Below, one piece after another: positions 1 to 8,728 of a DNA stretch of 28,527 nt. This DNA is from Holdemanella biformis (GTDB lineage: Bacteria; Pseudomonadota; Alphaproteobacteria; CASFRQ01; SAAU01): positions 1 to 28,527 of the forward strand of contig CAVDQP010000002.1 in assembly GCA_963611245.1 (NCBI GenBank), written 5' to 3'. Under the pieces are notes generated by a model. It saw only the letters and a list, made by a program, of their open reading frames with translations. It was not told the origin of the DNA and made no database searches. Position 1 is the first letter of the stretch; each line of letters begins with the position of its first letter. Both the position numbers and the translations under genes were made by a program.

Positions 1-477
1 TGTATAGCTGGTGCTTGTGCTTTCAACACCGTAAATCCATAGATCAGGTACATTCTTTGCTTGAATAAAGATGTTATCACCAACTTTGAATTCAGTAGCA
101 GTTGCCGCATTTAATGCTGTAACCGCCGCCTGATAATTTTCATAAGCAGTGGCACGTGCGCGACCTTCAGCAATACTTTTGGCTTGTGTTGCCAATGTTT
201 CCACCACACTTACTTCTGTTTTAGTAGCATATGTGGTAGTAATGACATTGCCACTTGCATCGGCTGTGGCTTTGGAAGCAATATCCTCTTTGCCCAATTT
301 TGCATCTAATGCAATTTTTGCTCCACCAGAAGTCAATGCCTTCAATGATCCCACAGTCGGTGTTTCGTCCAAAACCACCAAGCCTTTATCTGATGTAGAA
401 GCGTCCGGCACATTGGTGGTATAAGGTTCCAAATACTCACCGGCTCCGTTTTTTAACTTAATTTTTTTATTTGCCAT
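1..477 (-). CDS. Putative tail fibre/tail-associated protein, 3' end outside the window (MANKKIKLKNGAGEYLEPY...)
   Basis: Not in the ORF track. ATG at 477 preceded by AAGGA; frame open to position 1; Ala/Thr-rich; contains DETPTVGS...SGG and KATADASGNVITTTYA motifs; located in the tail region. Confidence 0.7.
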   Translation of the reverse strand, partial: MANKKIKLKNGAGEYLEPYTTNVPDASTSDKGLVVLDETPTVGSLKALTSGGAKIALDAKLGKEDIASKATADASGNVITTTYATKTEVSVVETLATQAKSIAEGRARATAYENYQAAVTALNAATATEFKVGDNIFIQAKNVPDLWIYGVESTSTSYT

Positions 478-490
478 TATTTTTCCTTTC

Positions 491-730
491 TTAATGTTCA
501 TCTTCGTATTCAAAAGTGATGATATCACTCAATTTTGCATACGTTTTGTTGATAATATTGCCATCGGCATCGGCCGTTGCCTTGGCTGCTGTATCAGTCT
601 TTCCCAACTTGTCTTTCAGGGCCTCAAAAACGGCTCCGGAAGAAATCATATTGGAACTGCCTGATTGAGGGGCGGTATCAAAACTTTTATCAGAAAGCCT
701 TGATACCGGAATCTTGCTGCTATCCGTCAT
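491..730 (-). CDS. Small tail fibre-related protein (79 aa)
   Basis: Start moved to ATG 730, which forms an ATGA overlap with the upstream stop. Shares a ~55-aa module with the 1..477 ORF. Confidence 0.65.
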   Translation of the reverse strand: MTDSSKIPVSRLSDKSFDTAPQSGSSNMISSGAVFEALKDKLGKTDTAAKATADADGNIINKTYAKLSDIITFEYEDEH

Positions 731-1437
731 CGTGTTTCTCCTGACATTTCTTCGTACATTACACAATCGCTCAAAACATTCATTGATTGCAGGTCATAAA
801 GGCATTTAACACACCACCGCTCGCCGGTCGCCAACGGGTTTAATAAAACAACCGAGCGTCCATCTTGCGATAATGTATAGTTTTCAGGAAGCAAGGCCGT
901 GTTTTCAATAATAACCGTCAAAATTTGATCTACACAGCCAAGAGCTTCACCTAAATTCAGAGGAAGAATCACCTGATTTTCCCTCGCAACGCCGGCCACC
1001 GTTATCGGAAAACTCCCGATTGTTGCCCGTTCGGCCAAAGCCACCCACTCCCGACACGAATGTGTACCTCCTTGTGCTTGAACTTCATCGTCCGTCCCCT
1101 CGGCCCATATCTGAGCTTTGCTGACTTCCGTCTTTGTTTTTACCAAATTATCAGCAACGTTTTGAGCATTTTGCTCTGTTTGGATCGTTGCGGCTTGGGC
1201 TTGCCCGGCGGCAATTTTGGCCTCATCGGCCGCTAATTGCGCCATATTGACAAGGCTAGACGCTTGACCATACAATTCATCGCGCACATCTTTCAGGGCT
1301 TTGGCCATTGTGGGCACAATCCCATTTTCGGTCATAACCGCTTGGCTATCGCCTCCATGAACCATATCATGAAACAGCGATGAGTCCGTTTCAGTGCGTT
1401 CAATCGCTGTTTCTAATCTTTCTTGCATATTGTGCAT
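727..1437 (-). CDS. Putative tail-tip/fibre-associated structural protein
   Basis: Tail operon position, AAGGA upstream, Ala/Gln-rich coiled central segment. Confidence 0.6.
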   Translation of the reverse strand: MHNMQERLETAIERTETDSSLFHDMVHGGDSQAVMTENGIVPTMAKALKDVRDELYGQASSLVNMAQLAADEAKIAAGQAQAATIQTEQNAQNVADNLVKTKTEVSKAQIWAEGTDDEVQAQGGTHSCREWVALAERATIGSFPITVAGVARENQVILPLNLGEALGCVDQILTVIIENTALLPENYTLSQDGRSVVLLNPLATGERWCVKCLYDLQSMNVLSDCVMYEEMSGETR

Positions 1438-1451
1438 AATGATTTTCCTTT

Positions 1452-1997
1452 TTAATTCAATTTTATCGGCAATACCCGATGAACCAGATCGTGTAATCTG
1501 TCCGATGTTTTTAAGAGCAAATTATAGTCGCTATCCATAACGATTTTCATCGCATCTTCGGTCAATGTTGGCCGGTTGCGAATTTCCAACTCTGAGGTAA
1601 TCTCCCACAAATAACCGTTCAGGAGTTTTGCTTCAAATTGTTGCGTAAAACGCGCTTCCTGACTGCTGAGGCCGATACCACCCAAAAGCGTGATGAAAAA
1701 CCATTCGCCACCCTCTTTGGCATGGTATTTATACCAAGCTTCAAAAACGCAGAACTGTTCCGGATTCATCAGCCAACGCACAGAAATCCTAGATGGTGTT
1801 TGGGTATAACGCCGCCTTTGTCTTGCCGGGCCGGCTTCCATATCCGTCCGAATAATTGCTTCACCAGGCTTGATAGAGTAATTTTCAACGGTCGGATATG
1901 GTAAATGCTGTGGGAATCGTAGCATTCGCGAAGATGACGCCGAAGGCGATCCCGAAGGGACAAGGAACTTTTGTTCCGAAGCTAAATAAACGCTCAT
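1452..1997 (-). CDS. Minor/distal tail protein (gpM/Dit-like position)
   Basis: Directly follows the tape measure gene with an ATGA overlap; RTDMEAGPARQRRR motif and W/F pattern typical of post-TMP minor tail proteins. Confidence 0.75.
   Translation of the reverse strand: MSVYLASEQKFLVPSGSPSASSSRMLRFPQHLPYPTVENYSIKPGEAIIRTDMEAGPARQRRRYTQTPSRISVRWLMNPEQFCVFEAWYKYHAKEGGEWFFITLLGGIGLSSQEARFTQQFEAKLLNGYLWEITSELEIRNRPTLTEDAMKIVMDSDYNLLLKTSDRLHDLVHRVLPIKLN
1920..1984. repeat. Palindromic MITE/RPE-like element inserted in frame (63 bp net, TA at both ends)
   Basis: Ends TAGCATTCG...CGAAGCTA; internal hairpins CGCC-GAA-GGCG, TCCC-GAA-GGGA and GGAAC-TTTT-GTTCC. Removing 63 bp restores MSVYLRFPQHLP. 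Confidence 0.6.
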
Positions 1998-4633
1998 CTA
2001 TAACTCCCATAGGCGGGGTTTAACGCATACCTTTGCTCCAAAATCGGCGATAAACCTTCTCCCTTTGTTATGTTTTTACCAATGGCACCCTCAATTTGCT
2101 CAACGATGATGTCCAGATTGACATTGCCGTTCATATCGCGTGTCGGGTTTGTTGTTGCCTTTGTGCCTGAAACCTTATTGACCACGTTTACATTGACATA
2201 AACCGGCGGTTTTGAATTGAGTTCTGTGCCCAGTGCTTTCATCTGTCCCGGCGTGAAGACCGTTTCACCTTTTTTCGCGATAATTGGGATCTCACCGCCG
2301 ACCAGACCCCCGGTATGAAAACGGGGAGCATTTTCAAAAACACTTGGATGAACAGCCTTAACTGATAAAGAATCCGTACCAATGACACCTCCTGTATGCG
2401 CTGTCGGAATGCCAAAATACCCCATGACCCCACCCATGATCGGTTTGATCACAGCATATTGCATAGCCATACGCACCATTCCCTCAACAACGGAATTAAC
2501 CAAATCACCAAAGTTCGCTTTGCCGGTCATGACAAAGTTTGTCAGCGTATCTTCCATTGACTTGAACGAGTTTTTAACCAGGCTTTCTGTCGTTGAAGCC
2601 ATATTGGAAGCATCGTCATAAACGCTTTTCAGTCCCCGCATGACACCGTCTTTCCAGTCTTTTGAGCTTTGCAAGGCGGCATCACTTGCTTTTTTAACCA
2701 TGTCGTCATAAACTCGGTTCACATCATCTTTGAAATCCTCATAGCCAGCCTTGGTTTTATCCAAGTTTTTAAGTGCATCATCACGCCATTTGGCCGCTTT
2801 TTGTATGGCCTGATCATAAGGATTTTGCAATTCAAAGACCTTTTGTTTGATGTCCTCAATGGTCTTTTCGTAAGCCTTTGTATTGGATACATCGGGCATT
2901 TTTAACGATGGCGCTACTTCACTTTTCGGCCGAAGTTCCGGGTGCTCAATGTATTTCAGCTCATCACGAGCCTTTTGCGCGTCCATATATGCCGCTTTAA
3001 GCAACAAGAGTTTTTCATCAATCGCTGCTGCTTGTGGCTGAAAGTCCGGATATTCGGCGGCCAATGCCCAAATCTCTTTTTGATAACGGGCAAGATCGAT
3101 CTTGGATTGTCGCAAAATATCGGCCCAATCTTTGGCATAAACTTCATAGTCTTTCAAGAAAAAATCCGGTGTGTTCCGATCCCAGAAAGACAAGCCGCCC
3201 GTTTGTTTTAATTCGGCACTCAACGCTTTGATATTCTTTTGTGCAGCTTGCAACTTTTGCGACCATTCGGCAACGGCTTTATTTTTATCCATCGCATTAT
3301 AAAAGCGTGTGCTTTCTTGAACCGTCTCGGCCATTTGGTCTTTCAGCTTTTCCAAAGTATCCGCGTGATCTTGGGCCGCTCGTTTGGCCACATTATGGGA
3401 ATCAACCAGTTTATACAAGCCCGTCGCTACCAATAAAACGATCCCGGCCGGACCGCCCAATAGAGCCATTATTCCTTTCAAAAGGCCAACGGCACTGGCC
3501 AAAACCTTGGCTGCCACTGCGGTTCCATACATCTGAACAGCGGTCCTTTTGGAAACTTGCCACATCATTTTAAGGCCGAGTGTGGCAGAGGCTCCGGCGG
3601 TTCCGGTTCCCATAAGGGCTACATTTAAGCCATACATGCTTGCCTTTAATAGGTCTATTCCTTTGGTTATCAGACTCGCGCCCAACCGAACCGTTAAGAG
3701 CGTGATGATTGGCTCAATGTATTGGGCCATGGTAAAAAAGGCCTTGCTGGCAACATTCACAGCCGCTGCCAAGGTTTGACCAATGGCTTTTGCGGATTCA
3801 CCCGAGCCATCTAACAACTCATTAAACTGCAAAAATGTTTCTTTTAAGGCTTTGTTTAGACCATTTTCACCAATGGACCGGATAAGCTTACTTATCGCGT
3901 CCTCAATGTTGGACATAGCACCACCCATCGTGTCCATTTGTTCTTTCATCGCGCCGCCAAAGTTAATCAGGCCAATAGATTTAAGATAGGCTTCAATTTC
4001 TTGCGCACTTTTGCCAACAGTGGTTGTAATCCCTTGGAAAGTGAACCGGACTTTATCGCCCTCAACCTGGGTTTGAATACCAAACGTTCGGAGCGATTTG
4101 AAGTTCAGCATTACCGCCGAAGAGACAGCATCTGTAAAGTCCGTGATGTTTTTACCAAAGGCCGAAGCGGTATTTCCATAAGAAGTTAAGGCTTCCGAAG
4201 TCGCGTCAAGGCCCAACGCTTTCAGCCGGATAAAAGCCTCTATAATTTCGTCCAGTTGATACGGTGTATCCAGCGCAAACTGTTCAATCATCGCAAAAGC
4301 CTGTTGTGCACCTTTAACCGACCCGGTCACTGTTTTTAAGGATCCGATCAGGCTTTCAAACTCTTTGTTTGTCTGCACAATACCCTTAAATGCTGATGTC
4401 AGCCCACGCAATCCGAGGTATGCTCCGGCCAACGATGCCGCCTGTTTTAGAGTATTATTAAAGGCCTTGGCTGTGTTATCCAAGACCTTTAAATTATCGT
4501 TGGCAGGCGTCATGACCTGAGTTATGTGCTGAAAGGCTTTCTGTCCGTCCGAACCAATGTTCTTGAACTCTTGCCGAACCTTATCGCCGCCCACTGCTTC
4601 AAGTCTGATTGAAAGTTTTTTCGCTGTGTTCAT
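1994..4633 (-). CDS. Tail tape measure protein
   Basis: 879 aa, helical and Ala-rich; N-terminal tape-measure motif (TPYQLDEIIEAFIRL); C-terminal HTGG repeats; canonical position. Confidence 0.93.
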   Translation of the reverse strand: MNTAKKLSIRLEAVGGDKVRQEFKNIGSDGQKAFQHITQVMTPANDNLKVLDNTAKAFNNTLKQAASLAGAYLGLRGLTSAFKGIVQTNKEFESLIGSLKTVTGSVKGAQQAFAMIEQFALDTPYQLDEIIEAFIRLKALGLDATSEALTSYGNTASAFGKNITDFTDAVSSAVMLNFKSLRTFGIQTQVEGDKVRFTFQGITTTVGKSAQEIEAYLKSIGLINFGGAMKEQMDTMGGAMSNIEDAISKLIRSIGENGLNKALKETFLQFNELLDGSGESAKAIGQTLAAAVNVASKAFFTMAQYIEPIITLLTVRLGASLITKGIDLLKASMYGLNVALMGTGTAGASATLGLKMMWQVSKRTAVQMYGTAVAAKVLASAVGLLKGIMALLGGPAGIVLLVATGLYKLVDSHNVAKRAAQDHADTLEKLKDQMAETVQESTRFYNAMDKNKAVAEWSQKLQAAQKNIKALSAELKQTGGLSFWDRNTPDFFLKDYEVYAKDWADILRQSKIDLARYQKEIWALAAEYPDFQPQAAAIDEKLLLLKAAYMDAQKARDELKYIEHPELRPKSEVAPSLKMPDVSNTKAYEKTIEDIKQKVFELQNPYDQAIQKAAKWRDDALKNLDKTKAGYEDFKDDVNRVYDDMVKKASDAALQSSKDWKDGVMRGLKSVYDDASNMASTTESLVKNSFKSMEDTLTNFVMTGKANFGDLVNSVVEGMVRMAMQYAVIKPIMGGVMGYFGIPTAHTGGVIGTDSLSVKAVHPSVFENAPRFHTGGLVGGEIPIIAKKGETVFTPGQMKALGTELNSKPPVYVNVNVVNKVSGTKATTNPTRDMNGNVNLDIIVEQIEGAIGKNITKGEGLSPILEQRYALNPAYGSYR

Positions 4634-4646
4634 TCGTTTTTTCCAT

Positions 4647-4678
4647 AAAAAAACACCCCAACCAAACGGTTGAGGTGT
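4647..4678 (-). terminator. Intrinsic terminator after moron 4697..5752
   Basis: Minus strand ACACCTCAACC-GTTT-GGTTGGGGTGT followed by a T tract. Confidence 0.75.
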
Positions 4679-4696
4679 AAAAGTTTACTTTTGAAA

Positions 4697-5752
4697 TCAA
4701 TAGAAAGATTTTATTAATTTTTCAATTTGTTTATTTCTTTCTTCTACCATTCCTGGATAAAAATTAGCAAGCGATTTTTCAATAGAAAATCTCGGTAACA
4801 TTAATAATCTTTTTCTAAAATCATCTGAAATTTGATTTAAAGGTTCAGGATGTTCATAAAAAAAGCTATCAGATGAACATCTAAAAATGCAACCAGAAAG
4901 TTTTGTTTTCTGATTAAATCTACCATCATGCTTCATTTTTTCAATTTTCCCTAGGCTTATATTATTTTCATTATTTATCGAAAAATTCGTGTATATAGGG
5001 AACCCAGTTTTTCCATATAATCCATACCAGAAATGGCCTGACGTTATACCACCATTCCACAAGTTTAGAGGATAAAATAAACCTCCTACTGTTGTGAAAT
5101 CACCAGTTACACCAAAATCAGCCCATAAAACTGAAGGCAAATCTTCAGATAATTGATGCTCTTCCTTTTTCATTGAACAAATCTTGCTTATAGCATCTGC
5201 TGTACATGAATCGCTGCTGTATCCATATGGCCTAATAATTTGGGGATCACCAATAAACACTCTTTGATTTTTATCCTTATTATTTTTTACCTTTTCATCC
5301 AACTCATTTCTTGAAGCCTCCATTTTATTTTGAGCCTCATCACATATTCCTCGACAGGTTACTTCAATGATTGCCTGTTCCCCTTTAGGTGTGGTAACCT
5401 TGTAATCTGCCGTTGGTTTGTTGTCTGTATTTTGGTATTCTACATGGAAACCAGCAGTGCATAAGTAGTAATATGCAATTATTTCTGATAAAATTCCTCT
5501 CTGGGTTTTTAAATCACCATTTACAAGATCAGACTTTTTTAGTGCCATAAAATCTTTTTCGGGACCACCTTGCTTTAGCATATACTCAAAAGCCATCCAA
5601 GTAGAGAATCTTTCATTTCGTTCATCTTCACGTGAGCATGGATCTAGTTTTAACAGTGCTTTCCTAACAGGATTTTCTGAATTTTCAACAATTGAGGCAT
5701 CATCTCCTAAATAATTTCTAATTATTTGTATATAGTTGTCAACAGTAGTCAT
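4697..5752 (-). CDS. AT-rich moron, putative PD-(D/E)XK restriction-endonuclease-like protein
   Basis: Motif SEIIAYYYL...PTADYKV...IIEVT resembles the E-(P)D-ExK core; has its own promoter and terminator. Confidence 0.55.
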   Translation of the reverse strand: MTTVDNYIQIIRNYLGDDASIVENSENPVRKALLKLDPCSREDERNERFSTWMAFEYMLKQGGPEKDFMALKKSDLVNGDLKTQRGILSEIIAYYYLCTAGFHVEYQNTDNKPTADYKVTTPKGEQAIIEVTCRGICDEAQNKMEASRNELDEKVKNNKDKNQRVFIGDPQIIRPYGYSSDSCTADAISKICSMKKEEHQLSEDLPSVLWADFGVTGDFTTVGGLFYPLNLWNGGITSGHFWYGLYGKTGFPIYTNFSINNENNISLGKIEKMKHDGRFNQKTKLSGCIFRCSSDSFFYEHPEPLNQISDDFRKRLLMLPRFSIEKSLANFYPGMVEERNKQIEKLIKSFY

Positions 5753-5788
5753 AGTGATATCCTTCTTTTCACCAAAGCCAATAAATCG

Positions 5789-5817
5789 TTTATAGCGACT
5801 GTTTTCAAAAAAATCAA
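5789..5817 (-). promoter_or_regulatory. Sigma70-type promoter of moron 4697..5752
   Basis: TTGATT-17 bp-TATAAA on the minus strand. Confidence 0.6.
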
Positions 5818-5823
5818 TATTAT

Positions 5824-6117
5824 TTAACTTATGTCGCTCATTCCGGCCTTAATTCCTTGGATTCCAACAGATAGCAGTTCAGTCATCACCGCACTTTTTA
5901 ATCCTAAATTCTCAGCCACCGTCAGCGCGATACCAAGGTCAGGCTCGGAAAGTTTAAGCAAAACCTCCCAAGCCTGATAGCCTTCTATGGTGTCTAAAGC
6001 TGTTTCGACATATCGGCATTTGTAGATGGGACAGTTTGTTTGCTCTCCTCCGCATCCCTGGCAGTAATTCCGCCCGGAGCCGAAGTGCCACTTGGCTCGG
6101 GCGTAGAGGCGTTTTTT
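5824..6117 (-). CDS. gpT-like C-terminal part of tail assembly chaperone, reached by -1 frameshift
   Basis: The -1 frame relative to 5994..6530 is open from the slippery site A AAA AAC at 6117-6111 (KKRLYARAKWHFG...). Confidence 0.75.
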   Translation of the reverse strand, partial: KKRLYARAKWHFGSGRNYCQGCGGEQTNCPIYKCRYVETALDTIEGYQAWEVLLKLSEPDLGIALTVAENLGLKSAVMTELLSVGIQGIKAGMSDIS

Positions 6118-6530
6118 TCGGCCTCTAATATCTCCTGTATGCCGCAGTATTGTTGCCGGAATGTTTCGGCGATACTCCAAAAGTTCGTGAAGAGTTCCTC
6201 AATTTTGGCCGGTGTCAGCGGTGCTTTTTCATCGCTATCGGCTTCTAAAATGCCGTCCCATTCAATAATGCCCGCCAGTGCAAGACCTAAAATCAATTGC
6301 TGATCGGCATAGGCTTCGCGCTTTGTAATGTCCTCTAAATCCGGTAGGTCTTTATCTGTAGCCCCGTTTTCACGTACATCTTTTAAGCGTTTTGCGATCT
6401 CGGCCACCTTTGAATTCATAAAGGCCTTTGCCTCATAAAAGACCGAAGATGTACAAGGCTTCACTTTAACCCGGACACCCATTCCCAAATCCAACCAGTA
6501 AGGCTCATTCTTAAACTTCAACTTTAACAT
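5994..6530 (-). CDS. Tail assembly chaperone (gpG-like)
   Basis: Lies between tail tube and tape measure genes; IIEWDGI motif; internal slippery site. Confidence 0.8.
   Translation of the reverse strand: MLKLKFKNEPYWLDLGMGVRVKVKPCTSSVFYEAKAFMNSKVAEIAKRLKDVRENGATDKDLPDLEDITKREAYADQQLILGLALAGIIEWDGILEADSDEKAPLTPAKIEELFTNFWSIAETFRQQYCGIQEILEAEKNASTPEPSGTSAPGGITARDAEESKQTVPSTNADMSKQL
6071..6117 (-). promoter_or_regulatory. Programmed -1 ribosomal frameshift signal (slippery heptamer plus hairpin)
   Basis: In-frame GAA AAA AAC, followed ~7 nt later by a GC-rich stem-loop (6071-6103). Confidence 0.8.
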
Positions 6531-7471
6531 TAGTATTTCTCCACATCGTTAATCAATTGCACGGTTACCATTTTGCCAAGTTCCGCATTCTTTGCGCCTT
6601 GGAAATCATAAGAGCACTCAATGCCACCCGGTCCTGAAATAGAACGTTTCGGCTTTGGCAGATAGACCTCATGGCAAGTGATGACTAGTTTTTGAGTGTC
6701 GGATATTTGATAACCAAGTTCTAAATCCACCGGACTTCCAGCACGTGCTTTATCCATCAGCGCATTGTCGCCATAACGGACCGCGATTGAACCGGACAAG
6801 GAAGCAACCCCAAGGTCAATGGCTTCAACTTTACCATCGCTCCGGATCGTCTCAATCTTTTCAAGGTTATTTGAATAGGTAACCGAGGCACTAGTTACAT
6901 TTGCCAACGTTTCGCCACCGGATTTTATAAATCCTTGGAACTGTGAAAAGCGCGTGTAATTCTTAACTTCAGGTGCATTTGAAACAGATGTCTCCGAGGC
7001 GGTTTCACTTTGGGCCATTAACGAAACTGTGACCTGTGCTTCACCGGAGCGGGCGAAGTTAAAGGCGATAGAATTGGCCCGTGCACCCAAGAAACGGATA
7101 TATTCCGGAACTTCGGCCAAGCCTAATTCCAAAGAATAACTCGGCAAAGAGGTTTTTCCGCTTTCAAAAGTATGCGTGCAAACGCCGTTTTCTGTTGTGC
7201 TTGTCGGCGTTCCAAAGACGGCTTTCAGCCAAATTCCGATGTTCCTTAAATCCACAGGAACGGATAACTCACCCTCAACATTGATGACATCTTGGAACGG
7301 TGTGGTCGGATCGCGGCCAAGTCCCAAAACGTTTGAAGAAATCAACCCTTGTTCGCTGTCTATGGCGCTTGAAGCAAACGGTACTTGGGTAAAGGGGCCC
7401 GAAGAAAGAGTACCATAGGTGCTTTCTTCAGCAATCAATAATTTGGCATTCCAGCCATATGCTCTGCTCAT
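6530..7471 (-). CDS. Major tail (tube) protein
   Basis: N-terminal AEESTYGT motif, beta-rich, 313 aa, upstream of the chaperone. Confidence 0.88.
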   Translation of the reverse strand: MSRAYGWNAKLLIAEESTYGTLSSGPFTQVPFASSAIDSEQGLISSNVLGLGRDPTTPFQDVINVEGELSVPVDLRNIGIWLKAVFGTPTSTTENGVCTHTFESGKTSLPSYSLELGLAEVPEYIRFLGARANSIAFNFARSGEAQVTVSLMAQSETASETSVSNAPEVKNYTRFSQFQGFIKSGGETLANVTSASVTYSNNLEKIETIRSDGKVEAIDLGVASLSGSIAVRYGDNALMDKARAGSPVDLELGYQISDTQKLVITCHEVYLPKPKRSISGPGGIECSYDFQGAKNAELGKMVTVQLINDVEKY

Positions 7472-7499
7472 TTTTATTCCTTTCGTTAAGTTAAAGCAT

Positions 7500-7531
7500 A
7501 AAAAAAAGAGCCCGAAGCTTTCGGACCCTTT
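7500..7531 (-). terminator. Intrinsic terminator after moron 7550..8203
   Basis: Minus strand AAGGGTCCGAA-AGC-TTCGGGCTCTT followed by a T tract. Confidence 0.75.
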
Positions 7532-7549
7532 GTTATTTGTTAAATTACT

Positions 7550-8203
7550 TTAATCTGCTATAAAGTTTAAGAATTCCTCCCCAAATGATGTTGTCTTCTT
7601 ACTGAAACCATTAAGCACTGGAGAATGTAGTTGATCTAATCGTGAAATTTGCAATAAGCCATCTGCATATAAATCTTTTATTGCCAGCTTTAGTAACGAA
7701 ATATCATTTGCCAATTCAGGTTCTTCTTCTCCAATAATATCAGCAATATATTGTTCAGTTGAACGCGGTTCTATACTTACACTCTGCTGAAACCCCTGAT
7801 TATCGTTTCTGAAATGAGAACGATTAAAATACTCCAATACTTTGATATGAAACACTGAATATTTTCGCAAAAGATTAAGAAAAATATGGATTTTTGTGTT
7901 ATCTAAATTTTCATTCTGTATAGCACTAACCAAAGCATTGACATAATTTTTGATTTTCTCATCAGTTATATCTTCAAATGCGCCCTTAACTGCATTTAGA
8001 AAAATTGCAAAGTTAGAAGGATTATTGTCTACATAGTCCTGTATATCATCAAATCTTTGTCTAAATTCTTCTTCAACTTTATCACGCCTTTCATCACTTT
8101 GAGACTGGCAAAAGGTGCTATAAAATTCAGATAATCCATTTACTCCTGGTACCATCGTAGCAATTCCTGCAACAGTTGCTTTTAAAAACTTTTTTTTAAT
8201 CAT
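7550..8203 (-). CDS. AT-rich moron, Abi-alpha/DUF4393-like protein
   Basis: EKIKNYVNAL...FLNLLRKYS...IKVL helices and C-terminal TSFGEEFLNF resemble Abi-alpha-like wHTH proteins; own promoter and terminator. Confidence 0.55.
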   Translation of the reverse strand: MIKKKFLKATVAGIATMVPGVNGLSEFYSTFCQSQSDERRDKVEEEFRQRFDDIQDYVDNNPSNFAIFLNAVKGAFEDITDEKIKNYVNALVSAIQNENLDNTKIHIFLNLLRKYSVFHIKVLEYFNRSHFRNDNQGFQQSVSIEPRSTEQYIADIIGEEEPELANDISLLKLAIKDLYADGLLQISRLDQLHSPVLNGFSKKTTSFGEEFLNFIAD

Positions 8204-8251
8204 TTTATTCTCCTATTTTATAAAGTTGTATTAATAAAATTTATCTCTTAT

Positions 8252-8280
8252 ATTCTACACTACTTCTTCTTAAAAATCAA
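8252..8280 (-). promoter_or_regulatory. Sigma70-type promoter of moron 7550..8203
   Basis: TTGATT-17 bp-TAGAAT. Confidence 0.65.
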
Positions 8281-8296
8281 ATCGGCAAAATTCTCT

Positions 8297-8728
8297 CTAT
8301 GATGCCAAAGTGTTACCTGAACTATATTCTAAAACGATTGGGACGATTGCGCCTTTGATGGGGATACCGCCTTCAACCGGTTCTTCCACAAACCCGGGTG
8401 GATCCGCGTGCATATAATCAACTTCACCGCCCAGGCGAGGATCTTCCTGTAAAAGCTCACCGATTTGAACCAACAGTCCGTCTAAGGCGTGATCACGCTC
8501 GGCCGGTGTTTCCTTTTGAACAATAACTTCCAGTTCGGCCCGATGTGTGAAAATGTAGCAAGTCGGGGATAATAAAATCTCCGGCTCACCGACATTACCA
8601 TCGTGCAAAATAACCAAACCGCCATCAGGAATTTTCTGTGGCAAAGGGTCATTGCGTTTAACGGGAACATCAAGCGTAGAAAGCCTTTCAAATAAAGCCT
8701 TTAATACAATTTCTCTTTTACTTGTCAT
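8297..8728 (-). CDS. Tail terminator (gpU-like)
   Basis: 143 aa immediately upstream of the tail tube gene; DPRLGG motif. Confidence 0.7.
   Translation of the reverse strand: MTSKREIVLKALFERLSTLDVPVKRNDPLPQKIPDGGLVILHDGNVGEPEILLSPTCYIFTHRAELEVIVQKETPAERDHALDGLLVQIGELLQEDPRLGGEVDYMHADPPGFVEEPVEGGIPIKGAIVPIVLEYSSGNTLAS

Noticed and set aside
149..424. Plus-strand 91-aa ORF, and the many other plus-strand ORFs across the window
   Set aside because: Shadows of well-supported minus-strand genes; no recognisable motifs.
1..1437. Diversity-generating retroelement or invertible fibre cassette
   Set aside because: The duplicated module differs at all base types and is in direct orientation; no reverse transcriptase or invertase in the window.
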